Counted from the first letter of the whole stretch, positions 51,029-63,943 are shown. The stretch: DNA of 63,943 bases, filler included, from Asterionella formosa (GCA_002256025.1; 18 parts of 18 records of this genome joined end to end with filler, not necessarily neighbours in it), one strand, 5' to 3'. Notes: generated by a model not told the origin, from the sequence alone. Made by a program: numbers and translations.

Positions 51029-51512
51029 CTATTTCTTGGTGCTGTTGACAAAGTGCCGCAGGTTTGCCCTTATCGTATGTACACCTTCTGCTTCATCGTC
51101 ATTTGTCCAGCCAAACTCAAGTCGATGAAGCTCAATGTGAAAATCATCCACTGCCTTGATGAGCAATTCCCAGTCATCAAGGGGAATCTGTAAACCTTCA
51201 AAGCTATTGTGTGATATTTGAGTCAAAATCTCCTTCAAATTCAACATGTGAGCTTCAATAGCTCGGGGTGGTGGGTCTTCCTTTTGAAGTGTGATAGGCC
51301 GATATATTTGTAATTCATCGTTTCCATTTGTTGATTGCACAACGCTCCTTGACGCAACATTCCGTCGATTTACACCAGAATTGGCGCCATTGAGGCTGTA
51401 ACGACGGCCAGACATCAAGTCACTGACCACAACCGTTTCGCCTCGCCACACGCGAATAATCTTCGGCATCACAATTTGCCAGATTGTTGTGAATGTAATC
51501 CCCATAAACAAA
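51029..51512 (-). CDS. C-terminal part of the same hypothetical protein (copy B, probable allele)
   Basis: Near-identical to 49647-50130; both contigs are 1282 bp and have the same end sequences. Confidence 0.7.
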
Positions 51513-51612
51513 NNNNNNNNNNNNNNNNNNNNNNNNNNNNNNNNNNNNNNNNNNNNTTAATTAATTAANNNNNNNNNNNNNNNNNNNNNNNNNNNNNNNN
51601 NNNNNNNNNNNN

Positions 51613-52894
51613 CATCAGCGGACCCTACGCGAAATCCGCTGTTGGCAATCAGTACTGGGTCATGGCAGTGGACGACTACACAAGAAAGCGCTGGAGCTAT
51701 TTCATTAAAAAGAAGAGCGATATCGGAACAGTCATTGAAATTTTACTATCAAGTTTAGCCGGAGCCGGTCACAAGACAAAGTATGTCCGTTGCGATGACG
51801 CAGGCGAGAATACTAAACAATTGAGAAAGGTATGTGAAAATCGCGGTATAAAAATGGAATTTACTGCCCCGCACACTCCACAACACAATGGTGTAGCGGA
51901 ACGCGGTTTTGTCATTGTGCGACAGAGGGCACTAGCAATGATGCTAAGTGCGAAACTAACAGATGAGTACCAAGGGCTATTATGGGCAGAGGCGGTACAT
52001 ACAGCTACACGTTTAACAAATAGTACAGTTAACTCAGTAACTAAAAGAAGTCCCGACGACATGTTCTACGGCGAAATGAATCCAAGAAGGCCCTACAAGT
52101 TATACAAGCAATTTGGGCGCGTAGGATGGGTTACTGCAAGACACAACATCAAGAAATTAGACGCACGTTCTTTCAAGTGTGTCTTTTTGGGTTATTCGGA
52201 GGACCACTCCCAAGATACGTATCGTATGTATAATCATGAGACTAACACTGTAATCAATACACGCGATGTTAAGTGGAGTGAGTGGCATGGAACAAACGCA
52301 CCTACGGACGGACTAGGAAAAATCTACAAGGACAATGCTAAAGAGAAAGTAACAGTTCAACCAGAAGCTGAAGTCAATAATGATGGATTAGATGATGATT
52401 TCTACAATGAAGATTTACTACCAGAAGGTTCAGACAACAAGGAAGATGATGACGACAAGGATAAATCAACCGCAGACACTGAAAAAGGAAAATCTACCTC
52501 AAGGAGTGTGGACAATAGTTAAGAGAAATGACGTGAACAAGAGAGCTCTTAAGACAAGATGGGTCTTCCGTATTAAGGAGGACGTGATAACTGGAAAGAC
52601 AGTATACAAGGCACGGTTGGTTGTAAAGGGATATGAACAGATCCCGGGAGTTGATTTTACTGAAACATTCGCTCCTGTTGCAAGTGATGCTACAATAAAA
52701 ACTGTTCTGGCTGTTACTTTGTACTATGGTTGGATAGCGGAAGCAATTGACGTTGAAGCAGCGTTTTTAAATGCTGACGTCGACGAAGACATTTATATTG
52801 AGCCCCCAGAAGGATTGACAGGGATCGATCAGAATATACATATCTGCAAATTAATTAAGGCTATGTATGGAATTGTACAAGCTCCAAGATGCTG
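51613..52894 (+). mobile_element. Ty1/copia integrase-RT fragment
   Basis: VDDYTR, VRCDDAGEN, TPQHNGVAER, YKARLVVKGYEQIPGVDF, IDVEAAFLN and AMYGIVQAP. Confidence 0.92.
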
Positions 52895-54168
52895 NNNNNN
52901 NNNNNNNNNNNNNNNNNNNNNNNNNNNNNNNNNNNNNNTTAATTAATTAANNNNNNNNNNNNNNNNNNNNNNNNNNNNNNNNNNNNNNNNNNNNGTTGTT
53001 CTTTGGCTCAGTAGAATGACAGGCAGCTGGCTGCTGCTGATGATGCATTTTAGGAAACATTTTTTGTCCATGCTTTCTATTCCTTGCTTCGAGTATTGAA
53101 AGAATTTATTCATTATTGAGTTTCCAAATACCAGTAGTGAATTCAACAAGGCAAACTTGAGTTTCAAACGTAGCTTTATGTACTACTTTCACTGTCCAAT
53201 CAACCTGAATCCCAAGTGCCAAGCAGCTTATTTTGGACGGATTACGTAGGTAACATTCAATCTTTCTACATGAGGGTCGGCTGACTCGAAAAATCGTTTT
53301 TGAGTTACATAGCTGTGAACATAGACTCTGTTTTTGTAATTAAATAATTAGCATCTAAATAAATTAATCGACCAAATTAACATACATAAATACAAGCCGA
53401 CAATGCTAATGTGTTGATTTTTCTACTTGTATGATCTTATCCATCATCATCGTTATCGTCAAAATGGATTTTGACTTCGCCGATGCGCCTGTTCTTGATT
53501 GTCAGATCCTTGACTTGATGGACAGCAATAATGGCCGCAGTTGCAACCATTATCATTTTTGCGGGTCAACTGTAAAGGTCGGCTCTGTGGTTAATTGCTC
53601 TTTGTGCACAGTGCTGGACAAGAGACTTCAAGAACTTGATGACGCTATCAAGGTGACCATGAAATGTGACCTCCAAGGAATGTGCGGGCCAACTCAATTG
53701 CTCCTTCCCCAGCTGCTTGCCTATCAAGTAGCATCCCCACCCATTCCAAAGCTGCCTTCTCAGTGTGAAGAATCTCAAAGTTGTTGTTGTCGTTTCCCGT
53801 AATGTTAAATGTAGAACAATTTAATCTCCCTGCATCAAATGTAGGGAATGCTGATTCTTCCATGGAGTCCCATTGACCTGCTGACTGTAACGCCCTATAA
53901 AAGATCAATGATATTCAAATCCGGTCTGTTTCCTTGTTGCCTATTCAAATGAATATCCCATTCTTCATCTGTTTCAGCTGCTACAAAAAAATTGTCAATC
54001 AAATCTTATGGTACGTTAAAGCTATCCAATGATCGCACTCATGCCGAAATAAAAATGAATAAATGGACACAATTAGTACCGGTTTTATTCGTCCATAAGG
54101 TACAATGGGACCTGTCTTTTCGTCAGCTGCACCCTATGGAACCCTAGGGACTACATGAAAAAGACAGG

Positions 54169-54230
54169 TGGAGAATGCAGGAATTGAACCTGCCACCGCA
54201 ACAGGTGTGCTAACCACTAAGCCATTCCCC
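54169..54230 (-). pseudogene. tRNA-derived element (Ala-like), short anticodon arm, followed by TTTTT and a hairpin
   Basis: GGGGAATGGCTTAGTGGTTAGCACACCTGTTGCGGTGGCAGGTTCAATTCCTGCATTCTCCA has an acceptor stem, A box and T arm/B box, but is only 62 nt. Confidence 0.6.
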
Positions 54231-54469
54231 TGCCTGTTGCAGCTGCTAGAAAAGGAACAAAGTAAGAACCAATATNNNNNNNNNNNNNNNNNNNNNNNNN
54301 NNNNNNNNNNNNNNNNNNNTTAATTAATTAANNNNNNNNNNNNNNNNNNNNNNNNNNNNNNNNNNNNNNNNNNNNCATCAAATCCAGTCACGAATAAAGC
54401 GAAACTTCGTTTGACAATGAGGAAGCAGCACTGATGGTCAAAATGGAGATTGACACACCGGTAACTCAC

Positions 54470-54583
54470 CACATGAAGAAGACAGCCGCAACCATCCAGC
54501 TTCACATCGGGAGACGCATGGTTGCATCTTCGGCAGGTATCCTGTCTTGCAGGGCTCGTCGAGGTTGATGGACAGCTGATCAT
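54470..54583 (-). CDS. First exon of a Cys/His-rich (RING-like) hypothetical protein
   Basis: MISCP..CRRCNH..GCGCLLHV followed by a GTGAGT donor at a codon boundary. Confidence 0.5.
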
Positions 54584-55184
54584 ACCGGTATCTAGACAAC
54601 AGCGATCCCCCGATCGAAAGATCCTTTTTTGGGACGAGCAAAATAATGAGACCTTACTAAATAAATAATCTACACCGTACAAGCTCATACTGGAACAACA
54701 TACCGGTAGGCAGTGTCACTGGTGCCGGCATATTGCAATGTAGAGATGGTACTGGTACACCTGGGAGTACCAAGCAGCACCTGGTAATACTCTTTATTTC
54801 ATGCTTACGTATGTACTCCGCAGTATTTAAGAAACAGGCATGCAATTGTTACCGGTATGATTCGTTTCGAATTTATTATTGTGCTCCTGCTAGCCGACCG
54901 TTAAAATTTGTGCATACTGGGAACAAACAACAATTTTTATGCAGAGATGGTGAGCAATCCTGCACATCGATACAGATATATATAGAGTTGGGGTTATGTC
55001 AAATATATCGGAATTCAATAATGAGAGAACTCGACTAACACCCATTCTATACTTTGATGTCAGTTCAGGAAATGAGTTATACATAAGGATTAATTAATAA
55101 GCTCATATATTCAACAAATACTACTACTTCTAGTTAGATACTTCACTTTGAATTCAAAAAGAGTCGAATTAGAAGACAACAAAC

Positions 55185-55656
55185 ATGGCAATGTATTCAA
55201 GGGTTCCTGTGATTCCTTTGATCAAAGACTACAATGTATTGACTATCAAAACTAAAACGTTCAGAGTTGCTTTAACCGGTGGAAGGTTTGAATCGTTTGA
55301 TCAAGATATGATCGATGGAAGCTCAGTGGAAGCATTGTTAATTGGAGTTAGTCAATTTCGTGATATGGCTAACACATGTGACTTTAGCCCTGCAGATACC
55401 TTTTCCTATTTTAAAAGGTGTTTGACAGACATTGCCTTATCGGATTGGTTGAATGTGGAAGTACACCCAGAAGATCAATCTTACGATAGTTTCGAAGAAG
55501 CGATGGCTTTATGGTTAGACGATCGTTTGCCAAATGAGAGTTTTCAACATCAACGACAATGGATGCTACGTTATTTATCTAAACCCTTTTCCATGTTGGT
55601 AATGGATTACGGAGCTCGTATTAAAACTTTAAACAGGCTACTTCAACTAATGCCTC
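55185..55656 (+). mobile_element. Probable LTR-retrotransposon gag N-terminus (gypsy-like)
   Basis: FKRCLTDIALSDW..FEEAM..QRQWM..KPFSMLV..RIKTLN capsid-like pattern; open to the contig end. Confidence 0.6.
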
Positions 55657-55756
55657 NNNNNNNNNNNNNNNNNNNNNNNNNNNNNNNNNNNNNNNNNNNN
55701 TTAATTAATTAANNNNNNNNNNNNNNNNNNNNNNNNNNNNNNNNNNNNNNNNNNNN

Positions 55757-57037
55757 TTTGGATAGGAGGACTGTCCTCATCAGGTTCTTCAATCACTTCT
55801 GGAGGTTCTGGCTCCTCCAAAATCAACTCAGGGTCATAAATTTCACTCATAGTCAATCTGATATCGTTGGTAGCATTCGTTATGTCTGCCCAAGCATAAA
55901 TATCTCTTGTTTCAACCACTTTACTGGTTACTGGATTGTACATACGATACACATCCCTGGCATGGTTCTCACCATAGTAGCCAATCACTACCATGGGATT
56001 TGCTTTCTCTTTGAACTTCCCTTTCATTGTGGACCTGTTTGTAACATAACCAACTCTTCCAAACTCAATCAAGTGTGTGTAGATGTCACTTGGTTTTCCA
56101 TAAAATAACTCATCAGGTGGTACTGCACTTCGGGTGTTTGGAAGGGAATTTCCTAGTATTGCTGCTGTTTTTGTCGCTTCAGCCCATAATTTAGCTTGCA
56201 TCTCTTTGGTCCATGCAGCAGATATCATCATTGCCAGTGCACGCTTTGCATCACGTGAAAACATCCTTTCCACCACTCCATTGTGCTGTGGTGTGTGAGG
56301 TGCTGTGTACTCCAACTGAATTCCATATTCTCCTTCACATATTTTTCGTAATTCAAACATATGCTCGCCCGCATTGTCACACCGTAGATATTTTACTGGC
56401 TTCCCAGCAGCCTTCAACTTGTCCAAAATTTCCTTCAGTACTTTTGTTATGCCATTCTTTCTTGCTCCATGAAAATCCCATGATTTCCTTGTTTTGTCAT
56501 CAACAAATTTATACCAATAACGTGACCCCATCACTGTCTCTGAATATGGGCCACTTGTATCCATGTAGATTCTCTCGCCAGGTTTTTCTGCTACCACTGT
56601 AGTCACCTTGTTTGTTCGTTTCTGGGTAGCTTTTGCTCGTGCACAGCCATCACACACCAACATTTTTCCAACTGGTATAATCTTAAGTGCTTGCAGCATT
56701 TTTCGCACCACTTTTTCTGTTGCATGCCCGAATTTTTTGTGTGCCTCATTAATGTTCATTAGTTCTCTCTTCTGTTTCTTAATCATTCCATCATCATTTT
56801 TAGTTTCTTCAATATTGTAGACCTCTTTTGCTCCAGCAACACGCTGTGCAATCAGATAAGCCATACCATCGGTTCCTGTCTCAAAACTCATGATGCCACC
56901 AGAATCATTTAATATCTTGGATCCTTCTTTTCCAGCCACAAATTCGTTTCCTTTCTCTGTCAACCTGCCAACACTTATCAAATTTCGAGCAAAACCGGGA
57001 ACAACCATCACTTTTTCCAATTTCAGTGTTTTCTTTG
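55757..57037 (-). mobile_element. Ty1/copia pol fragment (protease end, zinc-binding domain, integrase), uninterrupted ORF
   Basis: VPGFARNLISVG, HKKFGH..CDGC, LRCDNAGEH, TPQHNGVVER and LWAEA. Confidence 0.93.
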
Positions 57038-57269
57038 NNNNNNNNNNNNNNNNNNNNNNNNNNNNNNNNNNNNNNNNNNNNTTAATTAATTAANNNNNNN
57101 NNNNNNNNNNNNNNNNNNNNNNNNNNNNNNNNNNNNNAATTTAGGTAGAGAAGAATGCAAAGTGACGTCGTTATATATTTTAACATAACAAAAAAATCTA
57201 TTCAGACACTAAATGAATCTACCGAGAGAAATACTATCTAATAGCTATATGCATAAATAAAAGGTGATG

Positions 57270-58418
57270 CAAGCTGAAAGGACCTCTCCTTTCATTCCCC
57301 CTATGAATCCCTCAGTCCTCCCCCATCATCCCCCCCCTCCTGTTCAGTCCAGTGGCTTGGCCTCTGTGGCTGATTCCGTCACCATTGTCTCTTCCCATGC
57401 TGCCTCTGTTGCCACTAAGGCCGATATCCAGGCTGCCCTTGTGGCCTCCATTACATCTTCCGATAATAAGAAGGAGGCAGGAGCTTTCCATGAGCCTTCC
57501 ACGCTTCAATGGGGATCCTACAAAATTCAATGAGTGGTTCACCATGTTGACCACCCGCCTGAGCACCCCAGTTTGGCGCCACATTCACCTTGCCTCTCCT
57601 GATGATCCCTCATATGAATCTCTCTCCCAGGCATTGTCTTTGGTTCTCATTGTGGCCCTCCATGACCAAGCTGCTGATCATTGGTGCAGCCGTAATGATA
57701 TCCTCCACAATGGTAGTATTGGTTTGTTATCGTTTTCTATTGGCTCTTGGTCCTGCCTTTCACGCCTTTGTCCAACCCTACCTCTTACACCAGAAGGACA
57801 CCACCACCATGACACTGGTCACACTGACTGCTTCTTCCAAGACATACACTGACAACCCTGGGTTTGACTCCTCCAAGATGGCTCACACAGGTCGCCATAT
57901 TGCTGCTCCTTCCTCCTCTGATTCCTCAACCTCCCCAACCGCATGGATTGGGACCACTTCCTTCAATACCTCCCAGACCAGGGCTATGCAGCAATTCGAA
58001 TGCCCAATTCATCGCTGCAATCATCATGACCTTGCTGCATGTAGTCTGGTTTGCCTCCCGTTTCTCCATTGTTCCCAAACCTCTCTCCTCCTCTGGTGGT
58101 GGGGCCTCCGTTGATATGTTTCCTGACCGCCAATGTTTCATTGAATATGTCCCCCTTACTCACTGTTTTGTCCGGGTGGCCAACAATGATCATACCCCAG
58201 TCCTTCTTGGTCGTGGTAAAGTTGCCATTCAACTTGGTGACTACTTTGTCTGATTGTCTATCTGCCTTCGTGTCCCTGGCCTTGATATACCCTGGCTGCT
58301 ACCTCCATTTTCCTACTTTTGCCCTTCCGGTTGAAGACTCCTCTGATTGTCTCCTTCCTTTTCTCCCTGCCCCATTAGCCTCCTCTTTCTTGTGTGTCTA
58401 CTGATTACACTCTTGATT
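57270..58418 (+). mobile_element. Degenerate copia gag-protease remnant
   Basis: LPRFNGDPTKFNEW (gag), CPIHRCNHHDLAAC, and protease-like GASVDMFPDRQCF..VRVANN..GRGKV. Confidence 0.65.
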
Positions 58419-58518
58419 NNNNNNNNNNNNNNNNNNNNNNNNNNNNNNNNNNNNNNNNNNNNTTAATTAATTAANNNNNNNNNNNNNNNNNNNNNNNNNN
58501 NNNNNNNNNNNNNNNNNN

Positions 58519-59360
58519 GCCTCAAACTTGCTTGGCGTGTGCGTGCACACACTGTCGACTTGTTTTCAATGGTATGTTGTTCTTTGTATTCACTGTTGAA
58601 CTTGTCCGCATCTTTTTTACCATCAATAGAGCGACAAGTGGGTCTCTTCATTGTTGTTTGCTCCTGAAAAAGTCGGTGTCCGTGTCCGTGTCATCCTCAT
58701 CAATAGAGAGACAAGTTCTTTTGTTGGAAAAATTGGTACCGTATCATCATTCGCTCGTTCGAACCACTGTCCGTTGCCTCAAACCTGATTAGCGTTTGAG
58801 TACCAGTACCCGGTATGTGCACTGTCGACTTTAGTACATTACAGGCGGAGTGACTTCGCTACTAAATTGCGTGATATAATAATATACCCTGTAGCACAAT
58901 GCAGAATACAGTTGCTTCCCAATCATCTCATCATGATTGATAAGATGATACTGTGATATCATGATAAGGTTACATCGATGCATACATCACTGAAGTATGA
59001 TACGTAATATTGAATAAAAAATATCACATAGCTATGATACATTGATCCTAAAATTATGATAATTTTATGAAATATATATGATATAATTTTGATCAAAATA
59101 TGATCATGTAAAAATAGTATAATGACAATAAAATACGATAAAATATGTACGCAAGTGTTATCGATACATCACAGAATATAAATCAAGCAATCATAAAGTA
59201 TGTAAATTAATATATGTGTTTGTCGTTTAATGTATACAGTTAAAGTCAACAGTTAATATGATAGTATTATACAGTGGATAGGATCTAAGTATACGGATGC
59301 GTTGATATGTACATCACTATAATATGATTTGTGATATGGATTGATGCATATCACATACCG
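58519..59360 (+). repeat. Second copy of the AT-rich element interior seen at 41270-41835
   Basis: Colinear similarity from GCCTCAAAC through TATCACATAGCTATGAT. Confidence 0.85.
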
Positions 59361-59412
59361 GTATCCTCAACAATCAGCCATCACGTTCATTGTCGTGTCG
59401 TCTTTCCTTGTT

Positions 59413-59799
59413 TTAGCTATATATATGCTCAGATCCGTTCCATTGCAAATCTTCCTTCAATAGGTCAAACTCGTCATCCTTGAGCATTTGCCTTCCAGTG
59501 GCATCGTAGGACTGAAGCGCGTCCAGAAAGATACGCTCCTTTTCGGCTACTGTGAGACGAACAAGTTCCCCACTTTCCGGATCGACGACACAGTATTCCT
59601 CGTCAGGACTACTTTCGTTTTTGCTTGATTCCTATGGGGAAAGATGGAAGTAAGAATCTTTATTTACTCATAAGTAGTTACTAACAAAATGGTTATTTGT
59701 TTTTAATCAAGTACAGCCATTTGCAAGTAACCGGACGCTGGTGTCGTTTCTTTTGCTCCATCGACCGAGTCGGACAGAAGTGTCATGTTTATGACAAGT
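59413..59799 (-). pseudogene. PGRL1: PGRL1-like (PGR5-like 1) gene fragment with intron 59632-59714 and premature stop
   Basis: Spliced frame reads ..EEYCVVDPESGELVRLTVAEKERIFLDALQSYDATGRQMLKDDEFDLLKEDLQWNGSE-HIYS*, which matches the PGRL1 EFDxLKEeLxWxGS motif. Not in the ORF track. Confidence 0.75.
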
Positions 59800-59899
59800 N
59801 NNNNNNNNNNNNNNNNNNNNNNNNNNNNNNNNNNNNNNNNNNNTTAATTAATTAANNNNNNNNNNNNNNNNNNNNNNNNNNNNNNNNNNNNNNNNNNNN

Positions 59900-60720
59900 A
59901 CCATTTGGTCAACACACTACCTACTAGGATTGGATCGCTCCAGCTGGAGGGATAGAGATAGTACTAGAGCCTACCATGAAACAGAGGACTAGAGCAGCAG
60001 ACTACACAGCTTTACGAGCAAGAAGATTTGTCAACACATTCAATTCTTGAGTGATCAAACCTATTTTGACAAAAAACAAAAAATATTGGCAGCCACTTTG
60101 GAAATGATTGACTGGGATAATTTTTCCGGAGTTATGGGAAGAAAGCAATCAAACAAAAATAGGAACACACTTTAAAAATACATCCTCCACGGGACCCCCA
60201 GTAGGGGGACGACGTCAACTTACACACCAGGGAACCAATATGTCCCATCACATTCACAACTGGAGAGCAATGAGCATCTATTTTTGTGTCAAGATGCAAT
60301 GATCAACCACAACAAGAGTATAGGAATGACAGGTTTGCCTCGAAACTAACACTGCGTCTGGCACTGCCAGGAATGACACGCATCTGGACTCCATTCGTAG
60401 ATCTTGCGAGATTAGGAGGATCAGTTCAATCCCACCTCATTACCTTCCACATTGAATAAGAAAAAATTAGAAAATATACGGACAGTGATTACGAATCCAC
60501 AAACGATTGGGAAGGTGCTCACGCTCCAAGGGTACTTGTGTGTTCAGTGGATCAAAGCAGTTCAATCCTCAATGGGAGATTTCTGCCCACGGTAGCAAAA
60601 TGCAATCAATGGTACCAAACAGCCACCAAATTAATAATAAGAGACACTGTACAGTGATTGAGAGGACAGTAGAAAGAATACGATTTTTGCATAAGGTGTC
60701 CGAAAAAGCATAAACCATCA
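59900..60720 (+). mobile_element. Possible non-LTR retrotransposon ORF2 C-terminal remnant
   Basis: Fragmentary IDWDNF..KYILHGTPVG..CP..EHLFLC and QTIG patterns spread over broken frames. Confidence 0.4.
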
Positions 60721-62660
60721 GTCAAGGGAGTTCATGATCATTTCCGTGATGCTAAGTTTATATTTGTGTAAAGAACAAGCATTATATTGTTGAATGGCTG
60801 AAAATATGTCTATAGTAAGCTGTCAAATGTTCTTATCAAGATTCCATAGAACTATGGGCCACGACAATTAGTGTGTACATGAAACTCACTACAAAATTGA
60901 CATAGAGGAATTTCTTGCATCTTGAAATGTTATACCCTCTCCAAGAATACTGTTGCTCAAGTTTTCTTATCTTTTTCTACAAAACATAGAAAACCTTATC
61001 TAGTCAAAGTTACCAAGATAATCGCAGCAGACTCAACACTGCCTCGTTTTGGTCATATCTTCAAAACTGAGCAAATGACGACCAAAAAAACTTCCAGCGT
61101 TGATTTCAAATTTTGTTGTCAATACTGGTACAAAAAAATTTATTTTTTAAATAATAATCTCGTCTATGTTAGTCTACATANNNNNNNNNNNNNNNNNNNN
61201 NNNNNNNNNNNNNNNNNNNNNNNNTTAATTAATTAANNNNNNNNNNNNNNNNNNNNNNNNNNNNNNNNNNNNNNNNNNNNAAAACAATTGTGACGAAAAA
61301 GCGCAGAACAGATCAAGAGCGAGATTTCATAGGAATTAAAAAAACAGGGCATATATGATGCACTGCTCCTTGTGTAGACTAGCTATATTTGATCATTTCC
61401 ATATTTCATACTATACAGGTGCATGGATGACTCCTCCCGCCCTTTCATTAGATATGCAGCCATGTTGCGATAATTCTACAGGACCTATAGGATTGGTAGT
61501 CTGGTGGTCATCATTTCCGCATTGTCTATACCAGTAGGAGTCATGTATGCATGCATGCTGCGATAATTCCCACAAGACATAAAAATTTGGTAGCTTAGGG
61601 CTTATCACTTCCATACTGTAGTATACAGGGGGGAAGGAGTTGCATGCATGAGCAACTACTCCGGTATAAACAATGATCTTTAATCAATAAATTTTGATAT
61701 GTGAATTTTGGTCAATATGTCTATATACATAAATGTATGGCTGATTTCGACCATTTGAAAAATTGGCGATGACTCGCCTCCCGCTTATTAAGGGGCTTAA
61801 TTAAATCAGCCTCTGACTTGTAGGTACAAGAATTGACACAAAAAAATTGAAAAAACTCAAAAGGTCGTGGAAAACTATGAACTCATCATACATTGTATAT
61901 ATTTGAATCATGCACAATCAAAGTTGATATTATTTTTCACAGGTAGGATTTGCCGTTTAAATGAGCGTGTTCAAAACTATGCAAATGTTCAACTATGTAT
62001 ACATTTAAACTTCTTACAAATCTTTATAAATATATGTATTGCTTCATGGCTGAAACATTTGAAATCATGTTTTCATGTTCCTTGTCATCCATTCACTTTG
62101 CTCCTGAAATGAAGGATTATCACACATGATGACGTGGAAAACGAAATTGATAATACCACAGCACAATGATAATTGCGGCTTAGAAGAGAAGGCGGAATCA
62201 ATTGATGGTAAGTCAAGAGCAAATTCCTTTCATATTCCTTGTCATGCATCCACTTCCTGAAATGAAGGATCTCAAGCAACAATCACCATATTAGTATGGA
62301 AGTGCATGGATGGCCTTCTTAAAAAATGCCATTGACATTGTTGCTATTACTTACTGTTGTGATAAATACTATTCAAACAAATATTTCAGGGGAAGTAGAA
62401 GACCATGTTGCCACAGCTGCTATGCAAGAGGCTTTGTTCATAGAGTACTACTAGTAGTGTGTTACCCAACCACAAAAGGAAACAGCATGCAGTGATCAGA
62501 AGTAAGTTTTTCGACTACTGCAGTCACAAATAATTCCCTGCAACACTGGCCTAGGAATAANNNNNNNNNNNNNNNNNNNNNNNNNNNNNNNNNNNNNNNN
62601 NNNNTTAATTAATTAANNNNNNNNNNNNNNNNNNNNNNNNNNNNNNNNNNNNNNNNNNNN

Positions 62661-63444
62661 AGGGTTTTCACATGTTTGTACATAGACCACAACAACATAT
62701 CCATCTTCAGTCTTCTCACGTATAAAATGATATCTGACATCAATATGCTTTGTCCTTGATCCAACTTGTTGGTTTTTGCTTAGGAAAATCGCTCCAGTGT
62801 TATCCTCAGCAATTATTGCTGGCAGTTCCACATAGTAGACCTCATCCAGCAATAGATTTGTAACAAATGTAGTATCCTTGACACCGTCGCTTAGGCTGAC
62901 ATACTCAGCTTCTGTGCTTGATGTTGTTACAATGTTCTGTCCTTTGGATGACCAAGTCACCAAGGAGCGTGCTCCAATAGTTCCGAGATATGCACTTGTA
63001 CTTTTGCGAGTATCAGGGTTAATTGCAAATGCACTGTCAACAACATCCATTGGGCGCATTTCTTTAGGGGTTCGCATCTTCATACGCCGATGTTTCTTGT
63101 CTGCATGTAAGAATCCCAACAGACGTTCAACCGCCTTCCAATGAGCCTCTCCTGGATTCTCCAGATGCTGAGACAATTCTCGACATGCATTGGCACAAAT
63201 TGGAGATATCTTCTTTACAAAGTATAAGATTTTTCCAACCATGGATCTGTATTCACTATGTAGAACAGTGTGGGCATCATTCTTGGACAAACTTGTACCT
63301 GGCAATCCGGGAGTTGGTGCAATTGCGGGATAACGTCCAAAGAGATTCTTATAGTCTTCAAACATTCCTTCAACGAAATCCTCCATAGTAGATTCAAGAA
63401 ATCTTCCATCAGCAATTCCCGCTCCAGCTATCGTCTTGCCATTC
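62661..63444 (-). mobile_element. Ty1/copia RT-RNase H fragment
   Basis: YRSMVGKILY, RKSTS, WSSKGQNIVTTSSTEAEY, EDNTGAIF and RTKHIDVRYHFIRE. Confidence 0.93.
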
Positions 63445-63943
63445 GGGTACTTCTAAGTAATTTTTAGTCTCTAAGTAATTTCTTAAGTAATGTTTATTTA
63501 AGGGCAATATGGGGCACATCGAATTTTTCGGCAATAAAATTGCCGATTTTAGCATGACAACCAAAATAACGGTAATATGCATGGAGATGGTACAACAAGC
63601 GTAAAACACACGAGAATGATTGTAACATGCAACATCAATGAAAATTGAACATGATGTTTGGAGCAACCAAAGTATGCAATGCGATGTAATAAGTAGCATC
63701 AAATGAGAAATAGAAAAAATTGTTTTGGGTTAGAAATGAAATAAAAAATAAGAGTTCCAATGGAGACGTATGCATTGTGAATCATTGTAGTACTTACACA
63801 CCAGCAGGCAACATTGACTTTCCATCACCACACAATCGAAGACCAAAATAAGAAGGGAAAAGCTGAACCCAATCTTGACCTACATCGTTATGTAGCGTAA
63901 ATGGTCTGGTTTCTGCAACCATGCGCATCGCTGTAGTAGCCTG
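63445..63943. mobile_element. GGG-terminated DNA transposon end inserted into copia RT
   Basis: RT homology stops at GGGTACTTCTAAGTAATT; short TAAGTAAT repeats; similar to 6110-6203. Confidence 0.55.

Noticed and set aside
48849..51512. Apparent tandem gene duplication
   Set aside because: The copies are separate contigs of equal length with the same ends, which is best explained as uncollapsed haplotypes.
53431..53990. Cys-rich ORF and faint Harbinger-like words on the opposite strand
   Set aside because: Too degenerate to assign by eye; probably TE debris.
61400..62280. Short imperfect direct repeats (GCGATAATTC and CCTGAAATGAAGGAT, twice each)
   Set aside because: Only two copies each, with no ORF or termini to interpret them.

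Overview
Eukaryotic nuclear DNA, most likely from a diatom. Evidence: short GT-AG introns, bipartite signal-peptide + 'AF' plastid presequences, light-dependent POR, and CoDi-type Ty1/copia elements. The window is not one contiguous locus. It is 18 contigs joined by 17 artificial 100-bp linkers (N44-TTAATTAATTAA-N44): 1-20868, 20969-41835, then 16 contigs of about 1.28 kb. Contig 1 is gene-dense: DNA polymerase kappa, RPN8, a choline/ethanolamine phosphotransferase, a plastid DEAD-box helicase, a tail-anchored unknown protein, a plastid 2Fe-2S protein, POR with a C-terminal extension, and COX10. Contig 2 is a transposon nest: a copia element split by a CATCTGCA-ended element and then partly inverted, with a younger full-length copia inserted at its PPT/3' LTR junction. 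The small contigs hold copia, gypsy, pogo, Harbinger and LINE fragments, an ShK-domain gene, a truncated PGRL1, a tRNA-like element and two probable haplotypes of one locus. The most interesting signal is the intergenic 'GGTACC/TACCAGGTA/TACCGGTA' tracts. Comparing duplicated sequences within the window shows they grow by short (C..G)TA insertions at TA sites, which matches stacked Tc1/mariner-type excision footprints accumulating near gene 5' ends.
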